A stretch of DNA of 64,000 nt, taken from positions 160,001 to 224,000 of the forward strand of contig CAVYBU010000007.1 of the NCBI GenBank assembly GCA_963766735.1. The letters run 5' to 3'. Origin of the DNA: an uncultured Chloroflexia bacterium. GTDB taxonomy: Bacteria; Chloroflexota; Limnocylindria; Limnocylindrales; CSP1-4. Shown piece by piece: positions 36,349 to 45,829 of the stretch. The notes under the pieces are model-generated. The model ran no database searches and had not been told where the DNA came from. It was given only the letters and a program-made list of their open reading frames with translations. Positions within the stretch are counted from its first letter, which is position 1. Each line of letters begins with the position of its first letter. A program made the position numbers and the translations under genes.

Positions 36349-37520
36349 TCGAAGAGGGCCGCCACGAAGGCCTCGGGGTCGAACGGGAGCAGGTCCTCCG
36401 CCTTCTCCCCCACCCCGACGAACCTGACCGGGACGCCCATCTCCCTCTCGATGGCAAACACGATGCCGCCCTTCGCGGTGGAGTCCAGCTTGGTCAGGAC
36501 CACGCCGGTGAGACCCACGGACTCGTGGAACGCCTTGGCCTGGGCAAGGCCGTTCTGGCCGGTCGTCGCGTCGAGGACGAAGAAGGTCTCCACCTGCGCC
36601 CCGGGCAGGCGCCTGTCGATGACGCGCCGGATCTTGGCCAGCTCCTCCATGAGGTTGGACTTGGTGTGGAGGCGACCTGCCGTGTCGGCGATGACGATGT
36701 CGGCGTGCCGGGCAACTGCTGCGTCAAGGGCATCGAACACGACCGCCGCCGGGTCGGCGTTGGGGGCATGGGCGACGATCTCCGAGTCGGTGCGCTGGGC
36801 CCAGATCCGGAGCTGGTCGATGGCCGCGGCGCGGAACGTGTCGGCCGCGGCCAGCACGACGCGGCGGCCGTTTGCGCGCTCGCGCGCCGCGAGCTTGCCG
36901 ATGGTCGTGGTCTTGCCGGTCCCGTTGACGCCGACGACGAGCACGACGGCCGGAGCTCCATCGAGCGCGGGGACAGGCTCCCAGTGGGCAGCATCGCGAG
37001 GGGCGAGCAGGGCCGCCAGCTCCGCTCGGACGGCCTCCTCGGCCGTGACGTCCCGGCGAGTGCGAGCTCGCTCGACGATCTCCATCGACAGCGCGGCCCC
37101 CACGTCGCCCGTGATGAGCGTCTCCTCGATCTCGTCCCAGTCGGCGCCGCCGCCCACGCCGAAGGCCGTCCGGAGGCGGGCTCCGAAACCGACGCGGGAC
37201 TTCTCCAGGCCCTGCTCCAGCTGCTCACGCTCGCGCTCGAGGCGGGCGGCGTCGGCCTTCTCCGCGCTCCAGTCCGCGCCCCAGGCCCACACCGGTTCCG
37301 GAGCGGGTTCGAGGGCGGTCGGTTCCAGAGCGGGTTCGGGGGCGGGAGCGGGTTCGGAGGCGGCCGTTGGCTCGCGTGCCGGATCAGGTTCGGGACCGAA
37401 CGGCTCGACGGCGTCCTCGGCCGGCTCCTCGACGGCGTCCTCGGCCGGCTCCTCGGCCGGCTCCTGATCCTCCTGCTGGTCGGGCTGCAGCTCGTCCGAG
37501 CCGCGACGGAAGAAGCGCAC
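36345..37520 (-). CDS. ftsY: SRP receptor FtsY with an acidic N-terminal domain
   Basis: GVNGTGKTTTIGKLA, DTFRAAA, DTAGRL, TKLDSTAKGG; EEPAEDAV repeats at about 37407-37465. Confidence 0.97.
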   Translation of the reverse strand: MRFFRRGSDELQPDQQEDQEPAEEPAEDAVEEPAEDAVEPFGPEPDPAREPTAASEPAPAPEPALEPTALEPAPEPVWAWGADWSAEKADAARLEREREQLEQGLEKSRVGFGARLRTAFGVGGGADWDEIEETLITGDVGAALSMEIVERARTRRDVTAEEAVRAELAALLAPRDAAHWEPVPALDGAPAVVLVVGVNGTGKTTTIGKLAARERANGRRVVLAAADTFRAAAIDQLRIWAQRTDSEIVAHAPNADPAAVVFDALDAAVARHADIVIADTAGRLHTKSNLMEELAKIRRVIDRRLPGAQVETFFVLDATTGQNGLAQAKAFHESVGLTGVVLTKLDSTAKGGIVFAIEREMGVPVRFVGVGEKAEDLLPFDPEAFVAALFD

Positions 37521-37531
37521 GGGTCCTCCGG

Positions 37532-40500
37532 TCAGCCGTCCGAGCCGCCGGCCAGGACGGCACGGGCCTCGGTGCGACGATGGTCGGCGATCGCCTGGGC
37601 CTGGTCGAGCCGGAGGCTGATCACGCGGCTTACCGAGTCGTCACCGACGGTGACGCCGTAGAGAGCGTCGGCGGCCTCGATGGTCCCGCGGTTGTGGGTG
37701 ATGACGATGAACTGGGTCTTCTCGGCGAGGTCACGCAGGGCCTCGGTGAACCGGCCGACGTTCGCCTCGTCCAGCGCGGCGTCCACCTCGTCCAGCACGC
37801 AGAAGGGCGCCGGCCGGACCTCGAGCATGGCGAACAGCAGCGCGACCGCGGTGAGCGCCCTCTCGCCGCCCGACAGCATCGACAGGGCCTGGGGCTTCTT
37901 GCCGGGTGGCCGGGCGGTGATCTCGACACCGGTCGTGGACAGGTCAGACGGGTCGGTCAGGGAGAGCTTGGCGAAGCCACCCCCGAACAGCTGGCGGAAG
38001 CGCGTGTCGAAGGCGACCTCGAGCGCGGCAAAGGTCGTACGGAACTGGGTGGCGATGAGCACATCCAGGTCCGCGATCAGCGTGCGCGTCTTGGCGATCG
38101 CGTCACGCAGGTCACGGTCCTGGGTGTCGAGCGCCTGGAGCCGGTCCCGCACCGATCGGAATTCGTCCACGGCGAACGGGTTGGCCGCACCCAGCTCGTG
38201 GAAGCGGCGGCGCAGCGCGGCCAGGCGACCCGGGGATGGCGGCTCGCCTCCGGATCCCTCCGCCGACCAGCGCGGGGCGAGGATCTCGAGCGCCGCCTCG
38301 AGGGCCGCCGTCTCCGCGCCCGGTGCGCCCGCCACCAGGTCCTGGTCGCCGGCACCGTCGTCGACCTCGGCCGCCTCCGCGGCGGCCCCTTCCCGGGCAG
38401 CGATACGCTGGAAGTCCTCCGGGTCCACGCCGGCTGCATCGGCCAGGTGCCGAAGCCCGACCTCTCCCAGGCCCGCCAGCTCCACGAGCAGCTGCTCACG
38501 CAGCGATTCCAGGCCCAGCCTCGCCTCAAGGGCAGCCACGTCGGACGCGCGCGCTCGATCGTCGGCCGTGCGCAGCCGTTCCCGGGCAGCGATGGCCGCG
38601 CGCTCGGCCTCGGCCAGACTTGCCCGCTCGGATCGGTCGTCGGCAAGGAGAGCCTCGAGCGCCTCCCGCGCCCGCGCCTCGCGGGACATCGCCGCGGCCA
38701 GCTCCCCGGTCACCACATCGCGCTCGTCGCCGGCAGTCCGCTCCCGGTCCGCGAGGGCCGCCAGGTCCCGCTCGGTGGCGGCAATCCGCCCTTCGGCGAG
38801 CGTCAGCGAGGCCTCCGCGCGCGCCCGGCGCCCCTCGGCATCGCGCCGCGACCTCTCGTGCGACGCCACGTCGGCCGCCAGGCGGTCACGGCGCGTGCGG
38901 AGCTCGGCAACCCGGCCATCCCACGCCGCGAGCGCCTCCGCCTCCCCACCGCCCGTCGCACTGCCGTCGGCGGCTGCCACCCGTGGCCGCGTCTCCAGGA
39001 CACGGAGGGCCGCGGTCGCCCGCTCAGCCTCGCCCTCAAGGCGCTCGGCCTGCGAGGCGTGCCACGCGGCCTCGCGCGCCGCCGCCTCCACATCCCGCCC
39101 GACCGCCCGTTCGACATCCTCTGCTCGCCGCCGGAGAGCGACGGCCGAGGATTCCGCAACACGAGCCGCCTCCAGCGTCGCCCGCGCCGCGGTCGCCGTG
39201 GTCGCGGCGGTCCGCGTCTCCCGCTCCGCCATGTCGGCCTCGGCCTGGAGCGCCTCGACGTCCCTCTCCAGCCGGTCCGCCTCGGCCCGTCGCTCCAGGG
39301 GCGAATCCCCACGCCCCACCCGAACCGTCAGCGCGTCAACGACTGCCGATCCGTCTCGCGTGACCGCCGACCAGCCCAGCGGCAGCACGGCCTGCAGCTC
39401 AAGCGCCGCCGCGAGGTCCGGCGCCCACACGGTCTTCCCGAGAAGCGCCCGAACGGCTCCGTTCGGGTCACGCCTGATCGCATCGACCAGGCGCCCGCCG
39501 CCGGCGCTCGCCAGCGCGTCCTCGAGTCGACGCAGCTCTCCTGGAGTGCCGCCGCCGGGAATCCTGTCCGCCCCCGCCAGACGTTCCCCGATGATGACGT
39601 GGCCGCGCTCCCCGCCGAGCGCCACGGCGCCGGCGCGCTCCACGACGTAGGCGCGGGCCAGCTCGCCCAGGGCCGCCTCGACCGCGGGGCGCAGGCCCGG
39701 GTCCACACCCAGGTCCTGATCCACGCGGCGCCCGCCTACCTTGCGCGCTGCGCGCGCGATCCCGCGCTCCTCCTCCTCGGCCAGGCGACGGTGCAGCTGC
39801 TCGAGACGGCCGCGGGCCCCGGCCAGCATCGCGCCGGCACGGGCGGTCCGCTCCGCCACGGCACGGCGCGTGCCTTCGGCGGCGTCGGTGCGCTCCCTGG
39901 CCGCCTCGCGGGCTGCCACCTCCGCGGTCTCAGTGGCGGTGGCAGCGGCCAGGGCGGCCCGGGCGTCCAACAGGTCGGTCTCCAGGCGAACCCGGCGGCC
40001 GTCGGACTCCACGGCCTTCGCTCGCTCGTCGGCGGCGCGGCGGGCGGCCTCGGCGCTGCGGCGCCTCGCTGTCTCGGCCTCGGTCGCCCGGGCTCCCTCG
40101 GCGCGGCGGAGCGCCGCGAGCTCGTCACCTCGGGCCCGGCTGGCAGCCCGCAGGGACCCCAGCTCGGCCAGGGCCTCCGAGAGGGACCTGTCCGCCTCGC
40201 CCAGCGCGGACTCCAGCTCCAGGTCCAGCTCGGGCACCGGCTCGGCCAGGATCCGCCGCTGCGCGGCCAGGTCCGCCTCCGAAGCGGTTCGCTCGTCGGC
40301 GATCCGGCGCCGGTCCCGAGCTGCGGCTTCGATCTCGCCGGCCGCGCGAGCCTGGCGCAGGCCCAGCGCGGTCACCTCGCCGCGAGCGGTCTCGTGGGTT
40401 GCCCGGTGCTCGCGCTCGAGCTCGGCGCGCGCGGTCATCGACGCCGCGATCTCGCCGACCGCCGACTCCGCGATCTCCAGCGCCTCCAGGGCCCGGCCCG

Positions 40501-41272
40501 TTTCGACCCGCAGCGCCTCCCGTCGCGCCTCCGCCCCGGCCGCACGCCCCGACGCCTCGTGCCAGCGAGCGTGCGCCGCCGCGATGAGCGCGGCGGCCAG
40601 CTCCTCGCCGGCCGTGAGCCTGGTCGCCTGCTGCTCGGCCAGCTGACCGAGGCGTCGCGCCTGCGGCCGCAGCTCGGCCAGGACGTCCTCGACGCGGGCG
40701 AGGTTGGACTCGGCCTCCGCCAGCTGGGTCTCGGCCTTCCGCCTGCGCCGCTCGTGACGTCGGACGCCCGCGACCTCCTCGAACAGCGGCCGTCGCTCCT
40801 CGGGGCGGAGCGCAAGGGCCTGGTCGACCATGCCCTGCCCGATGAACAGGAAGGCGTTCTCCGCGAGGCTGGCCGAATCCAGCAGGTCCTGCAGGTCCCG
40901 GAGCCTCACCCGCTGCTTGTTGAGCAGGTAGTCATTCTCGCCGGATCGGTAGAGGCGCCGCCCAAGCTCCACGATCGCGAACTCGACCGGAAGCAGCCCG
41001 TCCCCGTTGTCCATGACGAGCGTGACGTCGGCCATGCCCTGAGCGCCGCGCCTGTCGGAACCTGCCCAGATCACATCCTCGCTGCGCCGGATGCGCAGCG
41101 ACCGCCCTTGCTCGCCCATCGCCCAGCGCAGCGCGTCCGCCAGGTTGGACTTGCCGGAGCCATTGGGGCCGACGATCGCGCTGATCCCGGGTCCGAACTC
41201 GACCAGCGTTCGCTCGGCAAAGGACTTGAACCCGTGGACGCGGAGACCCAGCAGGCGGGCCGGTGCGGTCAC
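37532..41272 (-). CDS. smc: Chromosome partition protein Smc
   Basis: GFKSFA, GPNGSGKSN, coiled coils, LSGGE signature, LDEVDAALD, ITH; rnc-smc-ftsY gene order. Confidence 0.95.
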   Translation of the reverse strand: MTAPARLLGLRVHGFKSFAERTLVEFGPGISAIVGPNGSGKSNLADALRWAMGEQGRSLRIRRSEDVIWAGSDRRGAQGMADVTLVMDNGDGLLPVEFAIVELGRRLYRSGENDYLLNKQRVRLRDLQDLLDSASLAENAFLFIGQGMVDQALALRPEERRPLFEEVAGVRRHERRRRKAETQLAEAESNLARVEDVLAELRPQARRLGQLAEQQATRLTAGEELAAALIAAAHARWHEASGRAAGAEARREALRVETGRALEALEIAESAVGEIAASMTARAELEREHRATHETARGEVTALGLRQARAAGEIEAAARDRRRIADERTASEADLAAQRRILAEPVPELDLELESALGEADRSLSEALAELGSLRAASRARGDELAALRRAEGARATEAETARRRSAEAARRAADERAKAVESDGRRVRLETDLLDARAALAAATATETAEVAAREAARERTDAAEGTRRAVAERTARAGAMLAGARGRLEQLHRRLAEEEERGIARAARKVGGRRVDQDLGVDPGLRPAVEAALGELARAYVVERAGAVALGGERGHVIIGERLAGADRIPGGGTPGELRRLEDALASAGGGRLVDAIRRDPNGAVRALLGKTVWAPDLAAALELQAVLPLGWSAVTRDGSAVVDALTVRVGRGDSPLERRAEADRLERDVEALQAEADMAERETRTAATTATAARATLEAARVAESSAVALRRRAEDVERAVGRDVEAAAREAAWHASQAERLEGEAERATAALRVLETRPRVAAADGSATGGGEAEALAAWDGRVAELRTRRDRLAADVASHERSRRDAEGRRARAEASLTLAEGRIAATERDLAALADRERTAGDERDVVTGELAAAMSREARAREALEALLADDRSERASLAEAERAAIAARERLRTADDRARASDVAALEARLGLESLREQLLVELAGLGEVGLRHLADAAGVDPEDFQRIAAREGAAAEAAEVDDGAGDQDLVAGAPGAETAALEAALEILAPRWSAEGSGGEPPSPGRLAALRRRFHELGAANPFAVDEFRSVRDRLQALDTQDRDLRDAIAKTRTLIADLDVLIATQFRTTFAALEVAFDTRFRQLFGGGFAKLSLTDPSDLSTTGVEITARPPGKKPQALSMLSGGERALTAVALLFAMLEVRPAPFCVLDEVDAALDEANVGRFTEALRDLAEKTQFIVITHNRGTIEAADALYGVTVGDDSVSRVISLRLDQAQAIADHRRTEARAVLAGGSDG

Positions 41273-42114
41273 GAGGCGCCGCCGGCGGGAGCCGGGGGCT
41301 CGGCGCTGCCGTCGTCCGTGACGAGCACGACGTCGCCGGACGAGGACGGTGCGTCACCCGTGTCGGGGGAAGGCTGTGGGGGCGGCTCGGGCACGGTCGA
41401 TCTGGACGCACGGGCCGCGAGCCGCTCGCGCCGGATCGTCTCCATGGCCTCAGCGGCGGCGGTGGTCTCGGCGACGCGTCGCGAGGGACCCTCGCCCACG
41501 CCCAGCGTCCGGCCGTCCACGACAACCTCGATACGGAACTGCTTCTGGTGGTCGGGCCCCACGGCCTCCAGCAGCCGATAGCTCGGACGCTCCCCGGTCG
41601 TGCGCTGGGTGTGCTCCTGGAGGCGGCTCTTCGGTGACTTGAGCGTCGTCAGCGCCTCGTCCGCGGAGAGCTCCTCGGCCGCGAGGGCGAGGATCCAGTC
41701 GCGGACGATCTCCCAGCCCAGGTCAACGTAGATGGCGCCCACGAGCGCCTCGAAGGCAGCGGCGAGCAGAGACGACCTGACACGGCCACCGCGCTGGGCT
41801 TCGCCCTCCCCGAGGAGCAGGAACGTCCCCAGGTCGATACGGATTGCCAGCCGGGAGAGGCCGGCCGCACTGACGATCGCCGCGCGGCGCGCAGACAGAA
41901 CGCCCTCATCGTCGGTGGGGTGACGCCGGTACAGGTCCTCGGAAACGGCGAGGCTGACTACGGCGTCCCCGAGGAACTCGAGCCGCTCGTTATGGCCCCG
42001 CGCCGCATCAGGGTGCTCGTGCAGCCAACTGCTGTGGACGAGCGCCTGCGCGAACTCCTCGCGGTCCCGGATCGGAAGGCCGAGGCTCTCCGCCAGGGCG
42101 TCGGCCGGGTGCAT
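41269..42114 (-). CDS. rnc: Ribonuclease III
   Basis: HNERLEFLGDAV, FEALVGAIY, dsRBD PKSRLQE. Confidence 0.96.
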   Translation of the reverse strand: MHPADALAESLGLPIRDREEFAQALVHSSWLHEHPDAARGHNERLEFLGDAVVSLAVSEDLYRRHPTDDEGVLSARRAAIVSAAGLSRLAIRIDLGTFLLLGEGEAQRGGRVRSSLLAAAFEALVGAIYVDLGWEIVRDWILALAAEELSADEALTTLKSPKSRLQEHTQRTTGERPSYRLLEAVGPDHQKQFRIEVVVDGRTLGVGEGPSRRVAETTAAAEAMETIRRERLAARASRSTVPEPPPQPSPDTGDAPSSSGDVVLVTDDGSAEPPAPAGGAS

Positions 42115-42133
42115 CACGCCCCGGTCGACAGGG

Positions 42134-42370
42134 CTAGGACGAGTGCTCGTCGATGTAGTCGGCTGCGTCCTGCACGGTCCGAATCTTCTCGGCGTCCTCG
42201 TCCGAGATCTCCGTCCCGAACTCCTCCTCGAGGCTCATGATCAGCTCGACGAGGTCGAGAGAGTCGGCGTTGAGGTCGTCGACGAACGACGCCTCAGGCG
42301 TGACCTCGGACTCGTCCACCCCCAGCTGCTCGATGACGATCTTCTGCAGCCGCTCGTAGGTGCTCGCCAC
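42134..42370 (-). CDS. acpP: Acyl carrier protein
   Basis: [15 protein letters not shown] (phosphopantetheine Ser); GTG at 42370 with GGAGGGAG SD. Confidence 0.96.
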   Translation of the reverse strand: MASTYERLQKIVIEQLGVDESEVTPEASFVDDLNADSLDLVELIMSLEEEFGTEISDEDAEKIRTVQDAADYIDEHSS

Positions 42371-42399
42371 TGACTCCCTCCTGATCCCGGGGTGTCCCG

Positions 42400-42864
42400 C
42401 TATCGGGATGCGTCTTGTTCCCGAGCGACACGCCCGAGAACGCCGTTCATGAGCCGCCGCATCGGTTCGCCCGAGTAGGTGCGAGCAAGCTCCACCCACT
42501 CGGCAATCGCCACCCGGGCCGGCGTCGCCGGGGAGTGTAACACCTCGCACAGGCCGCAACGCAGCAGCGCGCGGTCCATCCGCGCGAGCTGGACGACCGG
42601 GTACTGGGGCGCGGCTTGGGTGATCTGCGCGTCCAGCGTGTCCCGGTGCTCGACCACGTTGCCGACGATCTCCCTCGCCAGCGCAGACGCTTCGGCATCC
42701 TGTTCCAAAGCGAGGTGGCGCTCCACCACGGCGTCTGCGGTGCGCTGCCCGAACTCGGCCTCGAAGACGGCGGCCAGGGCAAGGCGCCGACCGGCCCTGC
42801 GACCCCGGATGCGATCCTCGCTCAGGCGGTCTCGCCCGGACCGCGGTGCGTCAGGCGCCGACAC
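42400..42864 (-). CDS. nusB: Transcription antitermination factor NusB
   Basis: [33 protein letters not shown]. Confidence 0.9.
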   Translation of the reverse strand: MSAPDAPRSGRDRLSEDRIRGRRAGRRLALAAVFEAEFGQRTADAVVERHLALEQDAEASALAREIVGNVVEHRDTLDAQITQAAPQYPVVQLARMDRALLRCGLCEVLHSPATPARVAIAEWVELARTYSGEPMRRLMNGVLGRVAREQDASR

Positions 42865-43159
42865 CGTCCACCAGGACGGTGACGCTGCCGAGCTCGAGAC
42901 CGAGCAGGCGGACGACCGCCGCTCCCACCGCGTCCCGGACCTGCTCTGTGAGGGGTACGAGCTGCTGGCGAGGCCGGGCTACGAGCCAGAGCGTGACGTG
43001 CACCCGCCCGTCGCGCACGCGGATCCGCACCGGCGAGCCGGCGATGGCACTCCGCCAGCGCGGGCCGCCTCGGCCCACCCGGACGACGCCGGGAACCTCG
43101 AGAGCGGCGAGGCGTACGGTCTCGCCGATCACGCTGGGGCCAACCGAAAGCGTGGACAT
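42851..43159 (-). CDS. Asp23/Gls24 family protein
   Basis: VI...VRLAALEVPGV...QVRDAV...VTVLVDGV; the asp23-nusB linkage is typical. Confidence 0.75.
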   Translation of the reverse strand: MSTLSVGPSVIGETVRLAALEVPGVVRVGRGGPRWRSAIAGSPVRIRVRDGRVHVTLWLVARPRQQLVPLTEQVRDAVGAAVVRLLGLELGSVTVLVDGVGA

Positions 43160-44271
43160 CAGGCGCCTGCCTCCAACTTCCCGGCCTCGTCGACCGTGTC
43201 GGGCTCATCCTCACGCACCGCGGCTCCCAGTGCTTCGGCAATCCGCTCCGCGACGCGCTCTCGGGCTGTCGTGGCGCCCACGCGGACGGCATGCTCGATC
43301 ATCCGCCTTTTCGCGCGGCCATGCGTGATGATGACCGCCCCGCGGACGCCCAGCAACGGCGATCCACCCACCACCTCGTAATCGAACGTGGTGCGGATCC
43401 GCCGAATGCCCGGCCGCATCAGCAGGTAGGCGAGACGCCCGCGCAGAGAGCCCCGGAACTCGGCCCGCAGGAGGTCGAAGATGTACCCCGACAGGCCCTC
43501 GAAGAACTTGATGACGACGTTGCCCAGGACCGCGTCGCAGACGACGACGTCGGCGGAGAACTGGGTCAGGTCCTTGCCCTCGACGTTGCCGATGAAGTTG
43601 AGGTCCGTCTCGTCCAGCAACTCGGTTGCCCGCATGATCCGGGCGTCACCCTTGCCCTTCTCCTCACCGATGGACAACAGCGCGACTCGCGGTCTCACCA
43701 CCCCCAGCACCCGCTCGGAGAAGATCGCACCCATCTGCGCGTACTGAGCGAGGTTGTCGGCAGTGGAGTCGGGGTTGGCGCCGATGTCGAGCAGCACGAA
43801 CGGGTTCTCCGTGCCCACCATCTGGATCGCGAGCGCGGGACGGTCCACGCCCCGCAGCCTCCCGAGGCGCAGGACCGCGGCTGCCATGCCGGCCCCGGTA
43901 TGGCCCGCCGTGACGACGGCGTCAGCCTGACCCTTCCGGACGAGGTCCGTGGCCACGAGGATCGAGGAATCCTTCTTCTCGCGTAGCGCCATCGCCGGAT
44001 GCTCGTGCATCTCCACGACCTGCGAGGCGTGGACGGTGGAGACGTTGGCCGGACGGTCCACCAGGAACCCTGCCAGGACGGCCTCGTCCCCGACCAGGAT
44101 GATGGTGTCCTCAGGGTGGCTGCGCGCATAGGCGAGGGCGCCCGGTACCACCTCGGCAGTGCCGTGATCCCCGCCCATGGCATCCACCGCGACGCGGACG
44201 CCGGTGCCGGGCTCGGCGCCGGCCAATGGGGGACGAATCTCGCGCGGGGCGGGATCCTCGCTCGGGTTCAC
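43159..44271 (-). CDS. plsX: Phosphate acyltransferase PlsX
   Basis: VAVDAMGGDH, AGHTGA, DRPALA, LDIGAN, IGEEKGKG, THGRA; start approximate. Confidence 0.95.
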   Translation of the reverse strand: MNPSEDPAPREIRPPLAGAEPGTGVRVAVDAMGGDHGTAEVVPGALAYARSHPEDTIILVGDEAVLAGFLVDRPANVSTVHASQVVEMHEHPAMALREKKDSSILVATDLVRKGQADAVVTAGHTGAGMAAAVLRLGRLRGVDRPALAIQMVGTENPFVLLDIGANPDSTADNLAQYAQMGAIFSERVLGVVRPRVALLSIGEEKGKGDARIMRATELLDETDLNFIGNVEGKDLTQFSADVVVCDAVLGNVVIKFFEGLSGYIFDLLRAEFRGSLRGRLAYLLMRPGIRRIRTTFDYEVVGGSPLLGVRGAVIITHGRAKRRMIEHAVRVGATTARERVAERIAEALGAAVREDEPDTVDEAGKLEAGA

Positions 44272-44278
44272 GACCCGG

Positions 44279-44491
44279 CTACTTGGAGTCCTCGCCTGCC
44301 GCAGACCCACCGGCCGGCTTCAGCGCCACGGCCTCGCGGCCGTTGTACCACCCGCAGGCCGGGCAGACCCGGTGCTGCAGCTTCGGCTCGTGGCAATGCG
44401 GGCATTCGATGAGCGTCGGCAGGGTGAGGGCGAGGTGGCTCCGGCGCTCCATCTGCCGCGCGTGAGCGACCTTTCGCTTCGGCACACCCAT
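44279..44491 (-). CDS. rpmF: 50S ribosomal protein L32 (zinc-binding type)
   Basis: MGVPKRK...CPHC...HRVCPACGWY. Confidence 0.96.
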   Translation of the reverse strand: MGVPKRKVAHARQMERRSHLALTLPTLIECPHCHEPKLQHRVCPACGWYNGREAVALKPAGGSAAGEDSK

Positions 44492-44626
44492 GTCGGTCTC
44501 TTGCTCCTCTCGGGGGCTGGTCAATTCGCGGGTGGTCCCCGCGCAGCGGTCTGGTAATGGTCACGGCACCCGTCGACTCGGGCGCGCAAACGCGCGACCA
44601 CGGGTCCTGGGGGCCGAAGCCGGAGT

Positions 44627-45223
44627 CTACCCCGTCTCGTCGTCGGCGTCGACCCGGAACGCCAGGAGCGCCTCCAGCCGCGGATCGATGGCAGTGTCGT
44701 GGGCCGGGTGGTCGACCTCGAGCCGCTCGCCGCACTCGGGGCAGAGGCCCGGGCAGTCCGGATCGCACACGGGCGCGATCGGCTCCTGGAGGCTGATCGC
44801 CTCGAGCACGAGGGGGCGAAGCTCCAGCTCGTGGTGATCGGTGAGCCGCGGCGCCTCGGGGTCGGCCCCCTCTTCCAGGGGCACGGGCGCGCCGCTGGCA
44901 AGATCGATGGTTGGCAGGACCTCCTCATCGATCTGGAGCCGGATCGGGGTCACGAGCGGGCGGGTGCAGCGCGCGCACTCCCCCGCGAGCCCCGTCTGGA
45001 GCCTGGCCTCCACGACCAGGCCCCGGTTGGTGCGCAACAGGCGGAGCGTCCCGCTCACGGGCTCGGTGACGACCGGCCCGTCCTCCGGAACCACCTCGGC
45101 GGCGTCCAGTGCGTACTCACGCACCGTGCCGGGAAGCTCTGCGAGCAGGCCGGACACGGCGAACGTCAGCGGATCCCCGTGCGGATCAACCGGGTGCGGG
45201 TGATGGGATCCCCGGTCCGTCAT
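44627..45223 (-). CDS. yceD: YceD/DUF177 family protein
   Basis: ECARC and CDPDCPGLCPECG, IDPRLEAL; upstream of rpmF. Confidence 0.92.
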   Translation of the reverse strand: MTDRGSHHPHPVDPHGDPLTFAVSGLLAELPGTVREYALDAAEVVPEDGPVVTEPVSGTLRLLRTNRGLVVEARLQTGLAGECARCTRPLVTPIRLQIDEEVLPTIDLASGAPVPLEEGADPEAPRLTDHHELELRPLVLEAISLQEPIAPVCDPDCPGLCPECGERLEVDHPAHDTAIDPRLEALLAFRVDADDETG

Positions 45224-45780
45224 CGCCGACCGGCCGGCGGAACCCCCTGCTCCTCGGCGCCGATCTCACCCTCGGCCATGTCGTCGTAGGAGTCTGCCTC
45301 CTGCGCGAGCAGCGCCTGCGGGTCCGCGTAGGCTGCTCGGCGCTCCTCGAGCATGGCAGCGCCTCGCTCGATCCCGTGCAGCGTCCGCGCGACCTCGGAC
45401 TCGAGTGCGGCCAGGACGCCAGCCGCATAGTCGTCCGCACCGTGGCGGACCTGGTCGGCCTCGTCCTCGGCCTCGGCGATGATGCGGCTGCTCTCGGCAT
45501 CGGCGGCCTCGGTCAGCCCGCGCTCCCCGATGAGGAAGGCAGCCTGCTCCTGGGCGCGCGCAACGATGCGCTCCGCCTCCTCCTGGGCCTTCTCGATGAT
45601 CCGCTCACCCTCGGAGTTGATCCGCTTGGCGGCGCGGACCTCCTCGGGCACGGCGACGCGCAGCTCGTCGATGAGGTTGAGGGCTGCGTCCCGGTCCACG
45701 ATTGCGTTCCGCGTCAGGGGCAGCGACTTGCCGTTCGCGATCAGCGATTCGAGACGTTCGACGAGAAAGATGATGTCCAG
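45220..45780 (-). CDS. DivIVA/SepIVA-like coiled-coil protein (probable CTG start)
   Basis: GGGAGG-7 nt-CTG GAC ATC ATC TTT CTC GTC GAA CGT CTC GAA = (M)DIIFLVERLE; coiled-coil AQEEAERIVARAQE; the coaD-X-yceD-rpmF position is the one used by actinobacterial sepIVA; extended -10 TGcCATAAT at 45829-45837. Confidence 0.78.
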   Translation of the reverse strand: MDIIFLVERLESLIANGKSLPLTRNAIVDRDAALNLIDELRVAVPEEVRAAKRINSEGERIIEKAQEEAERIVARAQEQAAFLIGERGLTEAADAESSRIIAEAEDEADQVRHGADDYAAGVLAALESEVARTLHGIERGAAMLEERRAAYADPQALLAQEADSYDDMAEGEIGAEEQGVPPAGRR

Positions 45781-45829
45781 CGGACGGCCTCCCGTGCGCT
45801 TCGCAGCCCCGGCGGGGCGCCGGTCGCGA

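Noticed and set aside
37367-41581. Very long plus-strand ORFs (1404 aa here; also 3205-6309, 14045-16360, 61470-63860)
   Set aside because: Antisense shadows of smc, rnj/udg, infB and ileS, expected in high-GC DNA with few stop codons; no recognisable motifs.
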